64,000 nucleotides of DNA from assembly GCF_027921745.1 (NCBI RefSeq), contig NC_079238.1:3782001-3846000 (forward strand), read 5' to 3'. Source of the stretch: Schizosaccharomyces osmophilus (lineage: Eukaryota). Below the pieces are notes generated by a model, which saw only the letters and a list, made by a program, of their open reading frames with translations, was not told the DNA's origin and did no database searches. Numbering within the stretch: position 1 is the stretch's first letter; each line of letters starts with the position of its first letter. This document shows positions 12,503 through 25,389 of the stretch, in pieces. The position numbers were made by a program, and so were the translations under genes.

Positions 12503-13420
12503 TCTTTTTGGGCCATCCAAAGTTTAGGGCTGTATGTTATGGTTTAGTCCCATGTGTTGGGATTCACTAAAGTGTATAGTGAGCGTAAGGATGTACGCGT
12601 CAAACAGTAAACAAAGCAGGGTTGAGGCAAGGTGGTGGATGAATGGGTCTGTTTGTTAATAATGAAAACGAATTTGAAAAAAAAAAAGGTTATTTTAAGA
12701 AGAAAGAATAAGGCTTCTTCGCGTTGTACATCTTTCTACTCCCACACTTAATTTGGTCAAGGACTTGAAGGGGAAACAAAGTACGAGTAGGAGCCCTTCT
12801 AAACAAATTTCTTTACAAAAGGAGAATGGTTCCTTACTTTAATTATTCCTAAGCGAATTGCACTTGTCTCTACGTCTGTATACGAGGGCTCACTAGCTAC
12901 AACTTTTCTACAACTTCGTTAGGAAAACAAACAAGGAAATGGAAACGAAGCTTTTGAAAATTTGTATAGATACGCATAAAATGAAAAAAGCAAACAGAAA
13001 CAAATAAATTTTAGGAACTTCCCTTCCTTTTTACTTTTCCTTATTTAGAGACACGACACCCACGTAATCACATCCATACCTGTGTATAGTCTAAAAGTGT
13101 GTATTCTATACATACTGAACCAACGCTCACCAACATTGAGAGAGTAAATTGATTTATTTCTAGGAATTTAGTGGATAGGGAGAAGACTCTTCTTCTCTAA
13201 AACCAGTTCTAATAATAGTTATTTGCAATTCCTTATCAACAAATATATTCGGGGTTTAGTTTGTTTCAAAGTTAGATTTCGTCTTCACTTACTATCTTTT
13301 ATTTCAACGGAGTGTGTTTTGAAGTTCAAGTGATTTCTAAAGAATACAAGGCGAACGACTTGCTTGCCTTTACATGTGTAGGGAATACTGAGATATCATT
13401 CTAGCTGGTTTTTATTCGAG

Positions 13421-13795
13421 ATGGCTAGCTTTCATTTATTAGTGTCCTACGCTACTATCATCCTTGCAATTATAGCAGGCATTACATATGCAACAAGGAG
13501 TATCTGGGGACCACGTTTACGCCGATTTCGATACTCGCCTGTACATGATTCATTCGAATCTGATATTCAAAACGGATTGACATCCAATTCTTTTGATCTT
13601 TTCCAGAATGTGCTTTCACAAGATTCGCGGGCCGGTCTCGACGAGGCATCTTCTATGGAAATAAAGGGCATCATGAAGAAACAACAATGCTCCTTTGATC
13701 AAGCTCGTCTCATTTATCTTCGAAATACAATGAGTAGAAACAATATTGATCCTTCCGGACTTCCTCTGGATAGTAAGGCTATTACTAAACTTTGA
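13421..13795 (+). CDS. Conserved fungal small membrane protein (DUF2015-like; SPAC1687.07 ortholog)
   Basis: N-terminal TM, SFESDIQNGLTSNSFDL, DSRAGLD, FDQARL and NNIDPSGLPLDSKA motifs. Confidence 0.8.
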   Translation: MASFHLLVSYATIILAIIAGITYATRSIWGPRLRRFRYSPVHDSFESDIQNGLTSNSFDLFQNVLSQDSRAGLDEASSMEIKGIMKKQQCSFDQARLIYLRNTMSRNNIDPSGLPLDSKAITKL

Positions 13796-14714
13796 AGCAT
13801 TGTTCTCGTGAGTAATGCAATTATTACAACGACTATGCATGGAAGGGACATTGGATTATGATTAAATATGTGATCCACCGGGTTGCTTTCTATATCCGCT
13901 ATTGCTTTTCCGTTTTTTATTTTTTTTTATTTTTTTTTCATTGTCTTTTCCGTTTTTAGGGGTCTGCTGTTTTCTTTCTGCTGATTCTTTCGCAATCACT
14001 TAAATAGCAATTCGACGTCTTATTCGACTTTATGATTTCAAGTTAAGCAAAAATTCTTTCTATTCTTTTTATGAAGGAGTCTATGAAACACAATCGTGTC
14101 TTAAGCTTGATCTTTAAATTTGTTTTCGATCTGGGGTTTGTTTACTAATGTGCTGTCTGTCAAAGATCGTTATATAAACCACGCTGTGTTAATACCAACT
14201 GTATTTGTCAAATAGGACACTCTAACGTATCATATGTTTCCAAGTGTAGCTTGTTTACGATGCTTATACTCATTGTTACCACCACAACTTCATAATCAAA
14301 ATTACTGTGATACGGACGTACGAAGACAATTGTTTGATTTTATATCATCCGTAGTCTTCTTCATTCTTTTAAAATTGCTTTTTCTTCCATTATTTTAGAG
14401 GAAAGCTTTTCAAGTTTGTCACATCGCGCTATTTTCCTTTTCCGACAATAAATTGCCGTATTGTTGTCGTAAGAATCTCTGTTGGAAGTAGATACGTATG
14501 TGTTTTCGAGCTTTTGAAATTCGGCTTAGAAAAACCATAGTTTTATGGCGAATTGAACGCTCGCGTTTTGTTCCTTAAATTCCTACAGCTCCAACCTGGT
14601 AAAATAGTTAGACAACTACCAGCATCATCATTTTTTGTGCTTAACGAGCATCTTTGCTCAAGCATCAGCGATTTATGAATTAATCGCTAGAGCCGGACAG
14701 AGACAAACGGTGTT

Positions 14715-17474
14715 ATGAGTATTCACACTTCCTCATTGCAAAATGATGAACGAGACATAAATGTATCGTCTCCCATAGAAAGGAAATCTTTTTTTTCTGC
14801 TTCACATCTCCCATTTCATCAGCTTCAACGCGCTTCTGTCCGGTATCACAACGGTAATTACGTTCCTAAAACACCTTCCATTCCGAAACACCAGCGTCTT
14901 TATGTAAACGTCGATCCTACAAACCAGCTTGAGCCTCTTGCTGCTGCAAAAGCCAGCGTTTCCTCGTCCAGCGAGCACTTGAAGATCATAAACGGACGAA
15001 AAGATCAATTTGGTGTAACAGATGTCGATCGTTACAGCAAGAATCATAACGCTTTTTTGGGATCTTCCTCCAAAACGTCAGGGTTTGCATCCAACGCTGC
15101 AGCAGTAGCTGCCTCAAATTTATCATCTTCACAATCCCCAACTACACCAAAATCTAGCACTGGAACGCGTTTTGAAGCCTTTTCTTTAAATTCGAAACAG
15201 CTTCCCAAGAAAATTTCCACATCCGGTTCTGAAGTCAATGACCCGCTCGTCGTCAACGCCAAGAAAGCCCCCGTTTCTGTACCATCTACCAGTCGAAAGC
15301 CCGTTCGAATAAAAAATCAACAAAGTACCGTAGGATCTACCAACAGCAATTCTACTCCTTATTTGGAAATTCAGAAACCGATTTCGAAAAACGAAGATTA
15401 TACTAGGAAAACGAGGTCTTCTTATTTGACGCACAAGTCACTGGATCATACCTATAAGGCATCAAAATCTGCGTATAAGTATCCAAATTCAAACTTTGGT
15501 AGAAATTCGGAAGTGTCTGATGGTAATCAAAGTCCCCTTGAAACAGGGAATGCTCTTTGCCAATCAAACGCTGCTGTAGGAAGCAAGGAAGACGACTCCA
15601 TTTCAAATTCTTCTTTTGTCAAAAAAGCAGCAAAATTCAGTTTAAAGTCCTCGTACTCCGAAGGTAATGATGATGTGAAAATACCAAAAGACGAACAAAG
15701 TCTGCTAGCTCCAAAGAATTCTCAGCGTTCACCGCATGCAAGTTTAGGTGGAAATTTTTTGCCTGCTGCAACCACCACTTTACAAAAACAGGCTTCTAAT
15801 GATCGAATTAGTGATGAAAGTAATACCTCTTCTGTACGAGCACCAGTTCGAAACGCTGCTGTGATCGCATGTAATTTATCTCATAATCTAAAAAAAGACA
15901 CAGGAAATACTTCTCAACACAGCACTTTGCCGTCAAAGAATTTTAAACCAAAACCGAAGGAAATAGAAATATCTCATTCTATTCCATATGCCGCTTCTAC
16001 TAAAACTTTGCTTTCATCTTCAGAGAAAAAAGTACAACCTCAGAGCAGTAACCTCATACCTAATGCGATACCTTTAGCTGCCGCCCGAAAAATTGCAATA
16101 TCCGCTAAACATAGCTTGCAAAGACTGAAGGATTCTCATTTTAATCACAGCAGTGCTTTACTTTTCGCATTTCATGCGGCTACTCAAGTTTCTGGTGCCA
16201 AAAGTGAAGCAGCTTTTGATAATAATCCCCCATACCGCGATCCTCCTAATGTTATTTCATCAGCTCATATTGCTGCTAATCAAGCAACAAACGAAAAGAA
16301 GGACATTCCTTTACGGTTATCTATATCAAGCGACCCTTTAGGTGCGATTCCTATAGCTATTGAAAACAAAAACAGCGCCGCGCTTCTCAATCCATCAAAA
16401 CCTTACCGTTCTTCTCTTGGTTATTCAAGCCCATTGTTCAGTCGCCAAAATTCACCTAGCGAGGACGTCTTTTATGATGCTGTTGATGATGAACATACGT
16501 TGGATCCTCCTCCCGCTATTTCAGAAGTATTATGTGATTTACCTCATAATACCGAGGAGCTTACAAAAACGCCTATGAATGGTGAAGTCGATAAATTAGG
16601 CAACTACACGGATACGGAGAGTTCTGAGGACAGACCATCAGTTGCTACAGAAAATCCTATATCTAGTTTTAAGAATTCAATCTTAAATTTCTCAAACGAT
16701 ACCGCTAAAGCATTGAAATGGCGATTATCAGGTGTATTGCAACCCGAGAAAACGATTGGACCAAATTTGTTTTATTTACATCGTGACGCTTTAGATTCTT
16801 CATCGGCTGTTCACGCAGCAGCTATTGCAGATAGATCATTTCCCGTTGTTCAGGAGAAACCACCACCTTTAAAAACGAAAGCACTGAAAAAACCGTCACC
16901 GCATACGTTAAGGAGACCAACTAAAAAGAAGTATTTTTTCTCAAAACGAAGCAACGGTAGATTTAAAAATGCTAGGGTATCCCGGATTTCCAAGAATGTT
17001 GATATTCCTCGTTTCGTGATTGATGAAAACAGACGAAAATTGTACGAAGGCTTGTGGGCAGCAAATAAAGGGTATCTTTTACGCGACAGTGATGTAGTCT
17101 ATCCGGAAAACTATGTTTGCGACATAGTAGTCCGCGAGCTATGGTCAAGATGTGGTGCTCCTACAAGTGTTCTATCAGTTATTTATAATCTTGTGGATCG
17201 AAGCCATTTTCACATGTTAAACCGAGAAGAGTTTATAGTTGGTCTGTTTTTGATAGATCAGTATCTTACCGGCAGAAAACTGCCATTAAAAGTACCTGAT
17301 TCTGTTTGGATTAGCAGTAAAAGGATGGGAGAGATGCTTTGGCGTCTCGAACAGCTGCAAATGAAAACGAGAAAGAAAAAGAATCGTTTTAAGAGAAAAG
17401 TATATAAAGGCCTCAAATGGGAATTCGGTTCGGATCAAGAGGACAAGGGCGAGGAAGAAACAGCTACAGGATAA
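14715..17474 (+). CDS. irs4: Irs4/Tax4-like EH-domain protein
   Basis: Long S/A-rich disordered region followed by RKLYEGLWAANKG...VRELWSR...IYNLVDR...REEFIVGLFLIDQYLTGRKLP (EH domain). Confidence 0.85.
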   Translation: MSIHTSSLQNDERDINVSSPIERKSFFSASHLPFHQLQRASVRYHNGNYVPKTPSIPKHQRLYVNVDPTNQLEPLAAAKASVSSSSEHLKIINGRKDQFGVTDVDRYSKNHNAFLGSSSKTSGFASNAAAVAASNLSSSQSPTTPKSSTGTRFEAFSLNSKQLPKKISTSGSEVNDPLVVNAKKAPVSVPSTSRKPVRIKNQQSTVGSTNSNSTPYLEIQKPISKNEDYTRKTRSSYLTHKSLDHTYKASKSAYKYPNSNFGRNSEVSDGNQSPLETGNALCQSNAAVGSKEDDSISNSSFVKKAAKFSLKSSYSEGNDDVKIPKDEQSLLAPKNSQRSPHASLGGNFLPAATTTLQKQASNDRISDESNTSSVRAPVRNAAVIACNLSHNLKKDTGNTSQHSTLPSKNFKPKPKEIEISHSIPYAASTKTLLSSSEKKVQPQSSNLIPNAIPLAAARKIAISAKHSLQRLKDSHFNHSSALLFAFHAATQVSGAKSEAAFDNNPPYRDPPNVISSAHIAANQATNEKKDIPLRLSISSDPLGAIPIAIENKNSAALLNPSKPYRSSLGYSSPLFSRQNSPSEDVFYDAVDDEHTLDPPPAISEVLCDLPHNTEELTKTPMNGEVDKLGNYTDTESSEDRPSVATENPISSFKNSILNFSNDTAKALKWRLSGVLQPEKTIGPNLFYLHRDALDSSSAVHAAAIADRSFPVVQEKPPPLKTKALKKPSPHTLRRPTKKKYFFSKRSNGRFKNARVSRISKNVDIPRFVIDENRRKLYEGLWAANKGYLLRDSDVVYPENYVCDIVVRELWSRCGAPTSVLSVIYNLVDRSHFHMLNREEFIVGLFLIDQYLTGRKLPLKVPDSVWISSKRMGEMLWRLEQLQMKTRKKKNRFKRKVYKGLKWEFGSDQEDKGEEETATG

Positions 17475-18091
17475 ACATCTACACAATTTGATGATTGTTT
17501 ATGTAAGAATTGACATAGGGATTTCTAAAAATTTTTCGTCCTTTCTATACTACCTATGCTTTTCACGTTACATGTTCTTTTTCTCTTTCTTTTTAAGAAA
17601 ATATGGATTGGTGGGCTGTCGGTTGTCTATAAAAACTAGCATCCGAATGATTTTATTAAATACAAAAATGAGCCAGTCGGTAAAAAAAATGCTAATTTAT
17701 GTCTTTATGAGTATTTATCATTATTAGTTTTAGGAAAAATATTTTCTTTCTTTTGTTTCTATTTATTAATATATTTAATGGATTTTGATTTTTCTTTTCA
17801 AGCACTTTCGCTATTGGGTTTTCCAGTCGACAACTTTCCTACATCTATGGCAATGAAATTTCTTAGAATAGTGTACTACAAAAATTCATTTTCTATTTAT
17901 TTAAATGTTAAAGAGTTACTTGGTTAAAACACATTACTTTATTCACCGACATTCCTAATTTGTTTGACCTCCGTTCTTTGTATCGTTGCTTGCCAAAACT
18001 ATAGCAATAATCATTTCGACATATACTTTAAAAGTTGGGCTACTACTTTTACAAAGATGTTCCTAACTCCCTTATATTAATAGAAAAGAAT

Positions 18092-20075
18092 ATGACAGAT
18101 GATGAATTTCTAATGTCGCTTGAGAAATATTACAATGAGTTAAACCAGCTTTCATCTGATCTTGATATCCCCTTCAATTTGACAATTTTCAGAGGTCTTA
18201 TCCTCAATAAAATATCAGAACATTCTTTAGGTCTGAAGAAAGAACTGCAGGATATAAAGACAAAATGTGACAAACTCTCCTATCATCTTTGTGAACTTTG
18301 CAGGTCTTTAGGAGGAACACAGCATTTTCAAAACGAATTACCCTCAGAAAAATACTACCAGCATTTACTTTCGTTGCATGGGGAGATTCAAAAGGAATAT
18401 GACTCTAGGCTTCAGCTAGTAACGGGTATGAGTCTTTGGTAACTTCAATTACTTTAATAAGGTAAAGTTCTTCTTGCTAACTAAAATAGAAATAAAAAAC
18501 AAAGTATCGTATCATTTGTCTTCTCTTGGTGAAAATTCTGAAGGATTGTTTTTGGATAATTCCTCTTTTGTAGATGTTTCAGACTCACAGATTGAACACT
18601 TGAGGCGTCTGCAAGAAAAAGTGGGAAAGAAATACCAGTCAAGAAAAGAGATGTTGTTAAGCAAGAAAAGCGAGATTCTACCTTTGGAAAAGCATATATC
18701 GACGAAAATCAAGATAGACACCAACAATTTATCGACAGATTATTTGAAAAGAATCAACGAGTACAAGGGGAGATTGGACTACTTGGCTCAAAAGAGAGAA
18801 AATACTTCAAGTCGATTAAGTGTTCGCTCCGATTCGAGGATTAGTGTAAAATCTCCGAGTTCTAATACAAACTCGCCTAGACTAGCTAGCGGAAAGGTAA
18901 GTTTTATTTTGTTTACAAATTCCCAGTTAACTGTTTAGAAAACAAAAGAGCCTTCAAGTCCTTCTTTGACTGTGAAGTACCGTACAGAATATGAATCTTT
19001 ATTGAAGCGCTATCTGCATCTTGCGAAATCGCTGTTTATTCCAAAAAAAGATTTATTATTTAATGAAACTGAAGAAAACCAAAAGAAGGATGACATTCTG
19101 GAAATTTTGAATAAACTCAAGCAGGAAATTCACAATTTGGAAGTAGAAACCCATCTTCGAGGCGAAATTAATCCAATGATTCGAAAGTATCTAGCATTGG
19201 AGGCTAGATTATTGAAAGAATCGCAGACTGTTAAAGGTTCATCAACCCCAACTTCAAAACCTTTTACTTTAAAAAGGCTGAAAAAGGATTTTCAGCTTAC
19301 GCGTGCAAATTTGATCTATTCATTAAGGAATTGGGAAGAAGAAAATGAAAGAAAAATAACAGTTTTCGGGAAACCATTGTCGGATAGATTACAGTTTTAT
19401 TCATTCCCTTTGCAACGTTCTTCTAGTAAAAGACAGAATGTTCCAAATTGTGACCAAGATTCGTCCTCTCCTCAAACCAATGGGTCTCATCAGGAAATGA
19501 CAACGGATGCTGTTTATCAAAATGATATTAGAAGCTCATTACATATTAACAATAATGCGTCCAGTCCAAAAATTGGTTCCGTTCAAAGGTTTACATATCC
19601 TTCTTCCCTAGAAAAAGTTCAGCGAAACAATACGCCATTAAAATCACCCAAGAAAGCTGATTCGTCTGAACAAATTGACGAGAACGACTTGGATGCCGGA
19701 AGTCTCCAAAGCCAGGTTGAAGCTCAATATAACCACTTCATGTCAGCCAACAATATAAGTGAGCCAGCCTCTATGACATCGCCCTCTGGATCACTCCGAG
19801 AAATGATTCAACCATATATCCCTCCAAAAGGAAGTCTCACCGGCTCCAGTACTCCAGAGAATCACCTTTTAATGCCATCCACCAAGAACACCGACATCAA
19901 CTCCTACCTTGGAAAGATGAGTAGTCATGAAGAAGATCGTCTCTGCAAACGGCTAGATTCATTTTCATTCTCAAAAGACATAATTTCAAAAAAACTGAGA
20001 AACAACATTCATGGATTGCACTTTTCCACCCCGACTAAAGATGATACAAAGGACCTTACAAGTAGAGAAGACTGA
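18092..20075 (+). CDS. mcp1: Coiled-coil microtubule-associated protein Mcp1 (Ase1/PRC1-related); at least 3 exons
   Basis: Three ORF-track segments are joined by introns at about 18427-18489 and 18897-18938 with canonical signals. Named mainly by synteny; the start is uncertain. Confidence 0.65.
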
Positions 20076-20358
20076 GCAGTCTTAATTTTATTTTTTTGTT
20101 TAATATCGGTGTATCCTGTATGCCGAACCTTTAAATGATTGATGCTTCCATAACGATTTCTGTCGTTTTTTCATCCCTTCTCTTTACCTTTACAGACAAC
20201 ATTCAGAAATTCTTCAAACAATTAATTTAAAATCATAATATTTTACAATAAAATACGCGCTTTTTTCATATATGTCTGCATCGAATTAGTCGTATAGATT
20301 TTTAGTAGCAACTTTTGCCTCCTGTCTTTAACCATCTTACCACCACCAAAGGAATCAA

Positions 20359-22896
20359 ATGGGAAAAATTCATAAAAAGTCGGCGAAGGGTATAAATTAT
20401 AATAGTTTTCTTATTCTAACATATTATAGGACGTTTGGATAAGTGGTATAAGCTTGCCAAAGGTAAGAATTGCAAGGAATCGGTGTTGAACCTTCGGAAG
20501 GATTCAGTACCGTTTCAAGATTACAATAGTTTGTTGATTATTAACAATAATTAGAACAGGGGTACCGCTCTCGTGCTGCGTTCAAGTTAGTCCAATTGAA
20601 CCAGAAGTTTAGCTTCTTAGAAAAGGCTAAAGTGGTCATTGACCTTTGCGCTGCTCCTGGTGGTTGGCTACAAGTAGCTTCTAGAGCATGCAAGCCTGGT
20701 TCTTTACTTGTCGGTGTTGACTTGGCTCCTATCAGAGCTATTCCAAATTGCCAAACGTTCGTAGAAGACATTACTTCTGATAAATGTCGCTCACAATTAC
20801 GAGGTGTTTTAAAGACATGGAAGGCGGATGTGGTTCTTCACGACGGTGCTCCAAATGTTGGTGCTGCATGGTTACAAGATGCTTATGGTCAAGCAGAGTT
20901 GGTATTGATGTCCATGAAGCTTGCCTGCGAATTTTTGGTCCCCGGTGGTACATTCGTCACTAAGGTTTTCCGTTCCCGTGACTACAACAATCTTTTATGG
21001 GTATTTAAGCAACTTTTCAACAAAGTTGATGCTACAAAACCCCCTTCTTCACGTAATGTGTCTGCAGAAATTTTCGTTGTTTGCAGAGGTTATAAGGCTC
21101 CGCAAAAGTTGGATCCCCGTTTTACTGATCCACGTGCTGTGTTCGAGGAAGTTGCAGAGCCAACTCCAAACGTAGAGGCGAAGGTCTTCGAACCTGAAAA
21201 GAAAAAAAGGAATCGTGAGGGTTATGCCGATAATGACTATACTCTTCACAAAACTGTACCAGCATCAGATTTCGTGTCAGGAAATGATCCAATTCAGGTC
21301 TTGGGTACTTCTGCGGAAATTGTCTTTCCGGAAGAAGATGAAGATTCTCAACGCTTAAAAAATCTGGAAATAACGGATGAAGATGTGTTGATTTACTGCT
21401 CTGATTTACAAGTTTTAGGCAAGAAAGACTTCCGTGATCTACTAAAATGGCGACTTAGAGCTCGCAGCGAGTTGGGTCTAGGCAAGCGCCCCGAAAACGA
21501 AGAAAAGACTGTTGTAGAAGAGATTCCCCAAGTTGACGAAGAAACGCAAATGGATCAGGAATTACAACATTTGAATGAAGCTGAACGCATTAAAGTTAAG
21601 CGCGAGCGACGTAGGGCTAATAAGCATAAACAAAGAGAAATCATCAGAATGCAGATGGGGATGGAGGCCCCTATGGAAATTGGTATGGAGCAAAGTGAAA
21701 TGGGAGAAGACAGCATGTTCGGATTGTCTACAGCAGAAAAACACGGCCTTGGTAAACTAACTGATGCTTCCGCTCCGGAAATTCCTGCTACGGAAGAAGA
21801 AGATGAGACTTTAGGGGAGAGTGAAGAAGAATACGATAGCGAGGATGAGCAGGAACGCCTCGAAGCTGAGTTGGACTCTATGTATTCTCAGTACACCGTA
21901 AGGAAAGCAGAATCAGACGTTAATTATAAAGTTAAACGATCCAGAGGTGATGCTAATGATGAGGAGTGGGAAGGAATCCAGCAACCGACTAGTGACAGTG
22001 AAGAAGACGAATCGAAAACTGCTTCAGAAGAAGGAGGCGAGCGTCTTCTTACTTCTCTTGACAAAAATGATTCGGGTAAAAATGGTTTGAGTAAGAAAGC
22101 TTCTCTTTTCTTTGATCAAGATATTTTCGATGGTATCGGTGACGATGGCGATGCTGATAAGGAAATTGTCACCATGAATGCTGCTGCTAAAGAAGAAAGA
22201 TTAGCTCCAACGGAAAATGAAGATGAAAGCTTTGATGAAGAAAAAAGGACTCGAAAGGATGATATTGAAATGGTTCCTTCTATTTCTGCCGAAGAAAAGG
22301 AGGACGATTGGGATTCAGATTCTGACAATGAAGGCGAAAACGTTGACATTGTAACAGCGGAAGCAATGACTTTAGCACAAGAAATTGCTTCTCGCAGAAA
22401 GACGAAATCAGATCTCATCGATGATGGATACAACCGTTGGTCATTCCAGCCTAAGGATGGTCTTCCAGATTGGTTTATTGATGAAGAAAATCACCACAAC
22501 AAGCCAAATAAACCTATTACTAAAGACGCTGTTCTGGCTTTGCGCGAGAAGATGAAGACTATTAATGCTCGTCCCATCAAAAAGATTCTTGAAGCACAAG
22601 GTCGTAAAAAGATGCGTACTGTCAGACGTATGCAGAATGTTTCTAAGAAGGCTGAGGGTATTACTGAGAGTGGTGAAATGACTGAGGGTGAAAAATCTAA
22701 GGAGATTTCCCGCCTCATGAGCCGTGCAATGAAATCGAAGCCCAAACAAAAACCGGCACTCGTTGTTGCTAAAGGTGCTAACAGAGGTATCCAATCTCGT
22801 CCAAAGGGTGTCAAAGGTAAATATAAAATGGTGGATTCTCGTATGAAGAAGGATCTTCGTGCGCAAAAGCGTCTTGATAAGAAAAAACGTAAATAA
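20359..22896 (+). CDS. spb1: rRNA 2'-O-methyltransferase Spb1; 3 exons
   Basis: KGRLDKWYKLAKEQGYRSRAAFKL, IDLCAAPGGW and VLHDGAPNVG (FtsJ domain), plus the Spb1 C-terminal domain. Two short 5' introns. Confidence 0.97.
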
Positions 22897-23128
22897 ACGG
22901 TTTAGTTAGAGAATATGCTTTAGGTTTTTTAAAGGTATAGGTTTGATATAATTTTGGGTAATAGAACTATGGTTATATATGTTTCGCTTGAAGTTTTAAA
23001 GTCTTGTTAAAGCTTTTTGCTTCACGAATTCTTGATTTATTTATATATATATGTAGCGTTATGTAGGTAAAGGGCTATAAGCGATTCCGATAATGCAAGC
23101 ATGCATACGTGTGTCATTTCCTGTAACG

Positions 23129-24143
23129 TTAATGCAAAGCAGGAGCTGCTTCAATTCCAATTTTTTTTCGGACCTCATTAATGTCTTGGGTGAGTTCTTT
23201 CTCCCAATAGACATTTATTAATGTTTTAGCGACAAGCCCATTACGGACAGCCCATGGAATGTAATTTTTACGAAATGCAGCTGCCTGGCTATAATTTAAC
23301 CGAAGAGGACCAAACAAAGCAGATAAAGCACCGACAGGTAAGCCCATGTTAACAAATTCGAGCCTAGACTAGTTAGATTTACTCATGATAAAAAAGAAGC
23401 ATATCCGTTTAAGACTGTACGCTTACCATTTTATAGCGAGTTCTCCTTCAATGTTTGTAGGCATATGGCAAAGTGCATGATAGAAGTCATGGCACTCACG
23501 GTATCTTTGCATAACGTATGCTTCTTCTGGATCATCTACATATCGTGTGGGGGAACGAGTGTCAGGGCTTACATGTTCTCTGTCAATCCAGTCAACGTAT
23601 ATACGTCCTAATGTGTTTAATGGAAGTGTCCTTAAAAATGGAAGATTTAAGGACTTTGAACTTATACGAGGTTTTTCCATTAAAATATGGCGGCCTGTTT
23701 CATCAGCAAGCATTTGATTCAGCAAACGTCGTAAGAAAAATGGCTGACCAGATGAGTCTCCTAATATGGAAATCATGTCTACAGCGTTTCATTAGCATCG
23801 ATCCAATATTTTAAGACATTTTGGATAGTGGATTGTTCTCTTTTGAGCGAAATGCATCAATTTTCAAGCATATAACTCAGAAGAGTCAAGCTTATTGTAG
23901 CCTTACCTCCTCGCCAGGGTGCCTTCAACCCCATTATTGCAGAACCAGCAACAAGAAAGATTCTTTGTAAAGGAGACAATGGAACATGACCGGGGTAATT
24001 TGGTTTCCTTTCTAGCAAAAACTATGTGAATATTGACATCCTTTTGTCAAACAGCTTAGAATTGGCATACCTGCCGATGTAAACAGTGAACGACTGTAAG
24101 GCCGTGTTACGGCAATATTCAAACGTTTAAAATATATACTCAT
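23129..24143 (-). CDS. coq4: Ubiquinone biosynthesis protein Coq4; 4 exons
   Basis: PNYPGHVPL, YVMQRYRECHDFYH and EGELAIKWLEF motifs with an N-terminal mitochondrial presequence; three canonical introns. Confidence 0.95.
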
Positions 24144-24363
24144 GATTCTCTAAAACAGAATATCAAAATTTAAGATGCTTGAGCGTCAAAGAAAATAAAT
24201 GCCATTTAAAGAGGATAAGTACAAAGCACATGATCTAACTGACCTTTCATGTATACGGGGGTTCCGCGGAAAATATCGGCAAGGCCGCCTGAGTAATTAG
24301 ATTATGGTCGAAGAATAGCTCAAAATTAAAGTACATGGAAGTAAGAATGTAAAAAGAAGAAGA

Positions 24364-25389
24364 TCATTTTTTGAATAATCGATCTTGAAGCTCTAGCTGA
24401 GACAAAAATGAGGTGGCTTCCCTATAATATGGTTTCGTATGCTCAGAAGCATGAACGGTAGATGCTGGATGCTTTACAGTTGCCTGTACAATCGATTCTA
24501 AGAGCGAATTTTCCGATTTTTTGAAAAACATTGGGTCCTAAAAAACGTTAGTGCATAGATTCGCGTATGGGAATGAAGCGTACGTACCTCTATGATTGAC
24601 GGACTGGATATGGTTTCGGACCATTTTTTCGTTTTTAGAAATTCTGTAACCTTCTTTTCTGCAGGGGAATGAAAATACGTGATGGGTAAGGAATAATAGG
24701 CGTCGGCATGGGCACCGGCGTCGACGACTTTGGAGGAAGGTAGATTTTCGTAGAGAAACGTGTCTTTGCTTTTAGAAGAATATTTATATCTGTTCATATT
24801 TTCTGGATGAGTGCGAAAAGCACCAATGTCGACGTAATGTGATTCCAAAGAACGTTTGGGATCAATGACTATAGCAACAAATGGATCTTGAAAACGCTGG
24901 TTTTGCTTTTGTGTTTCAACGTCAACACCGGAAAGCCAGCAACCATAATTTGGATGAGAATGGTACCAACCGATTACATTTTCATAGCGATGCACAGATT
25001 TACACAATGTTTGGTATTGAACACTATATTCATCGGCTTCTTCATGGGCATTTACACGAGTCTCCGTCCCTTTAACTGGAAGAGCAAATGCGTCTAAGAC
25101 GATTAACTTGTTGTCTTTTACCTTGCCTTGCACATAGCCCATAACCTCTAATGGCATCCCTTGCGACACATGTCGCAGCATTTTTAAAAGAGCAACAGCA
25201 TCGATATGTACGGATTTGAAATAAAATGGACTAGGATAGGTTAGTTGAATCTTTCAGGTGCATGGTTACGACTGCACGTTTGTGCAACATTGGTTTATCG
25301 TACTCGTGTTTCCATGGTGCTTCGCGCAAAACTTTTCTTTCTTTTTCTTCATCAAATTGATAAATGTCCATAAAAGAAGTGTCGTCCAT
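24364..25389 (-). CDS. csn5: COP9 signalosome JAMM protease subunit Csn5; 3 exons
   Basis: [15 protein letters not shown] and [17 protein letters not shown] (MPN+). Introns at about 25231-25303 and 24538-24586. Confidence 0.95.

Noticed and set aside
13796..14714. Possible small gene between the DUF2015-like gene and irs4 (S. pombe has an orphan here)
   Set aside because: No credible ORF or exon chain found; the region reads as UTR and promoter.
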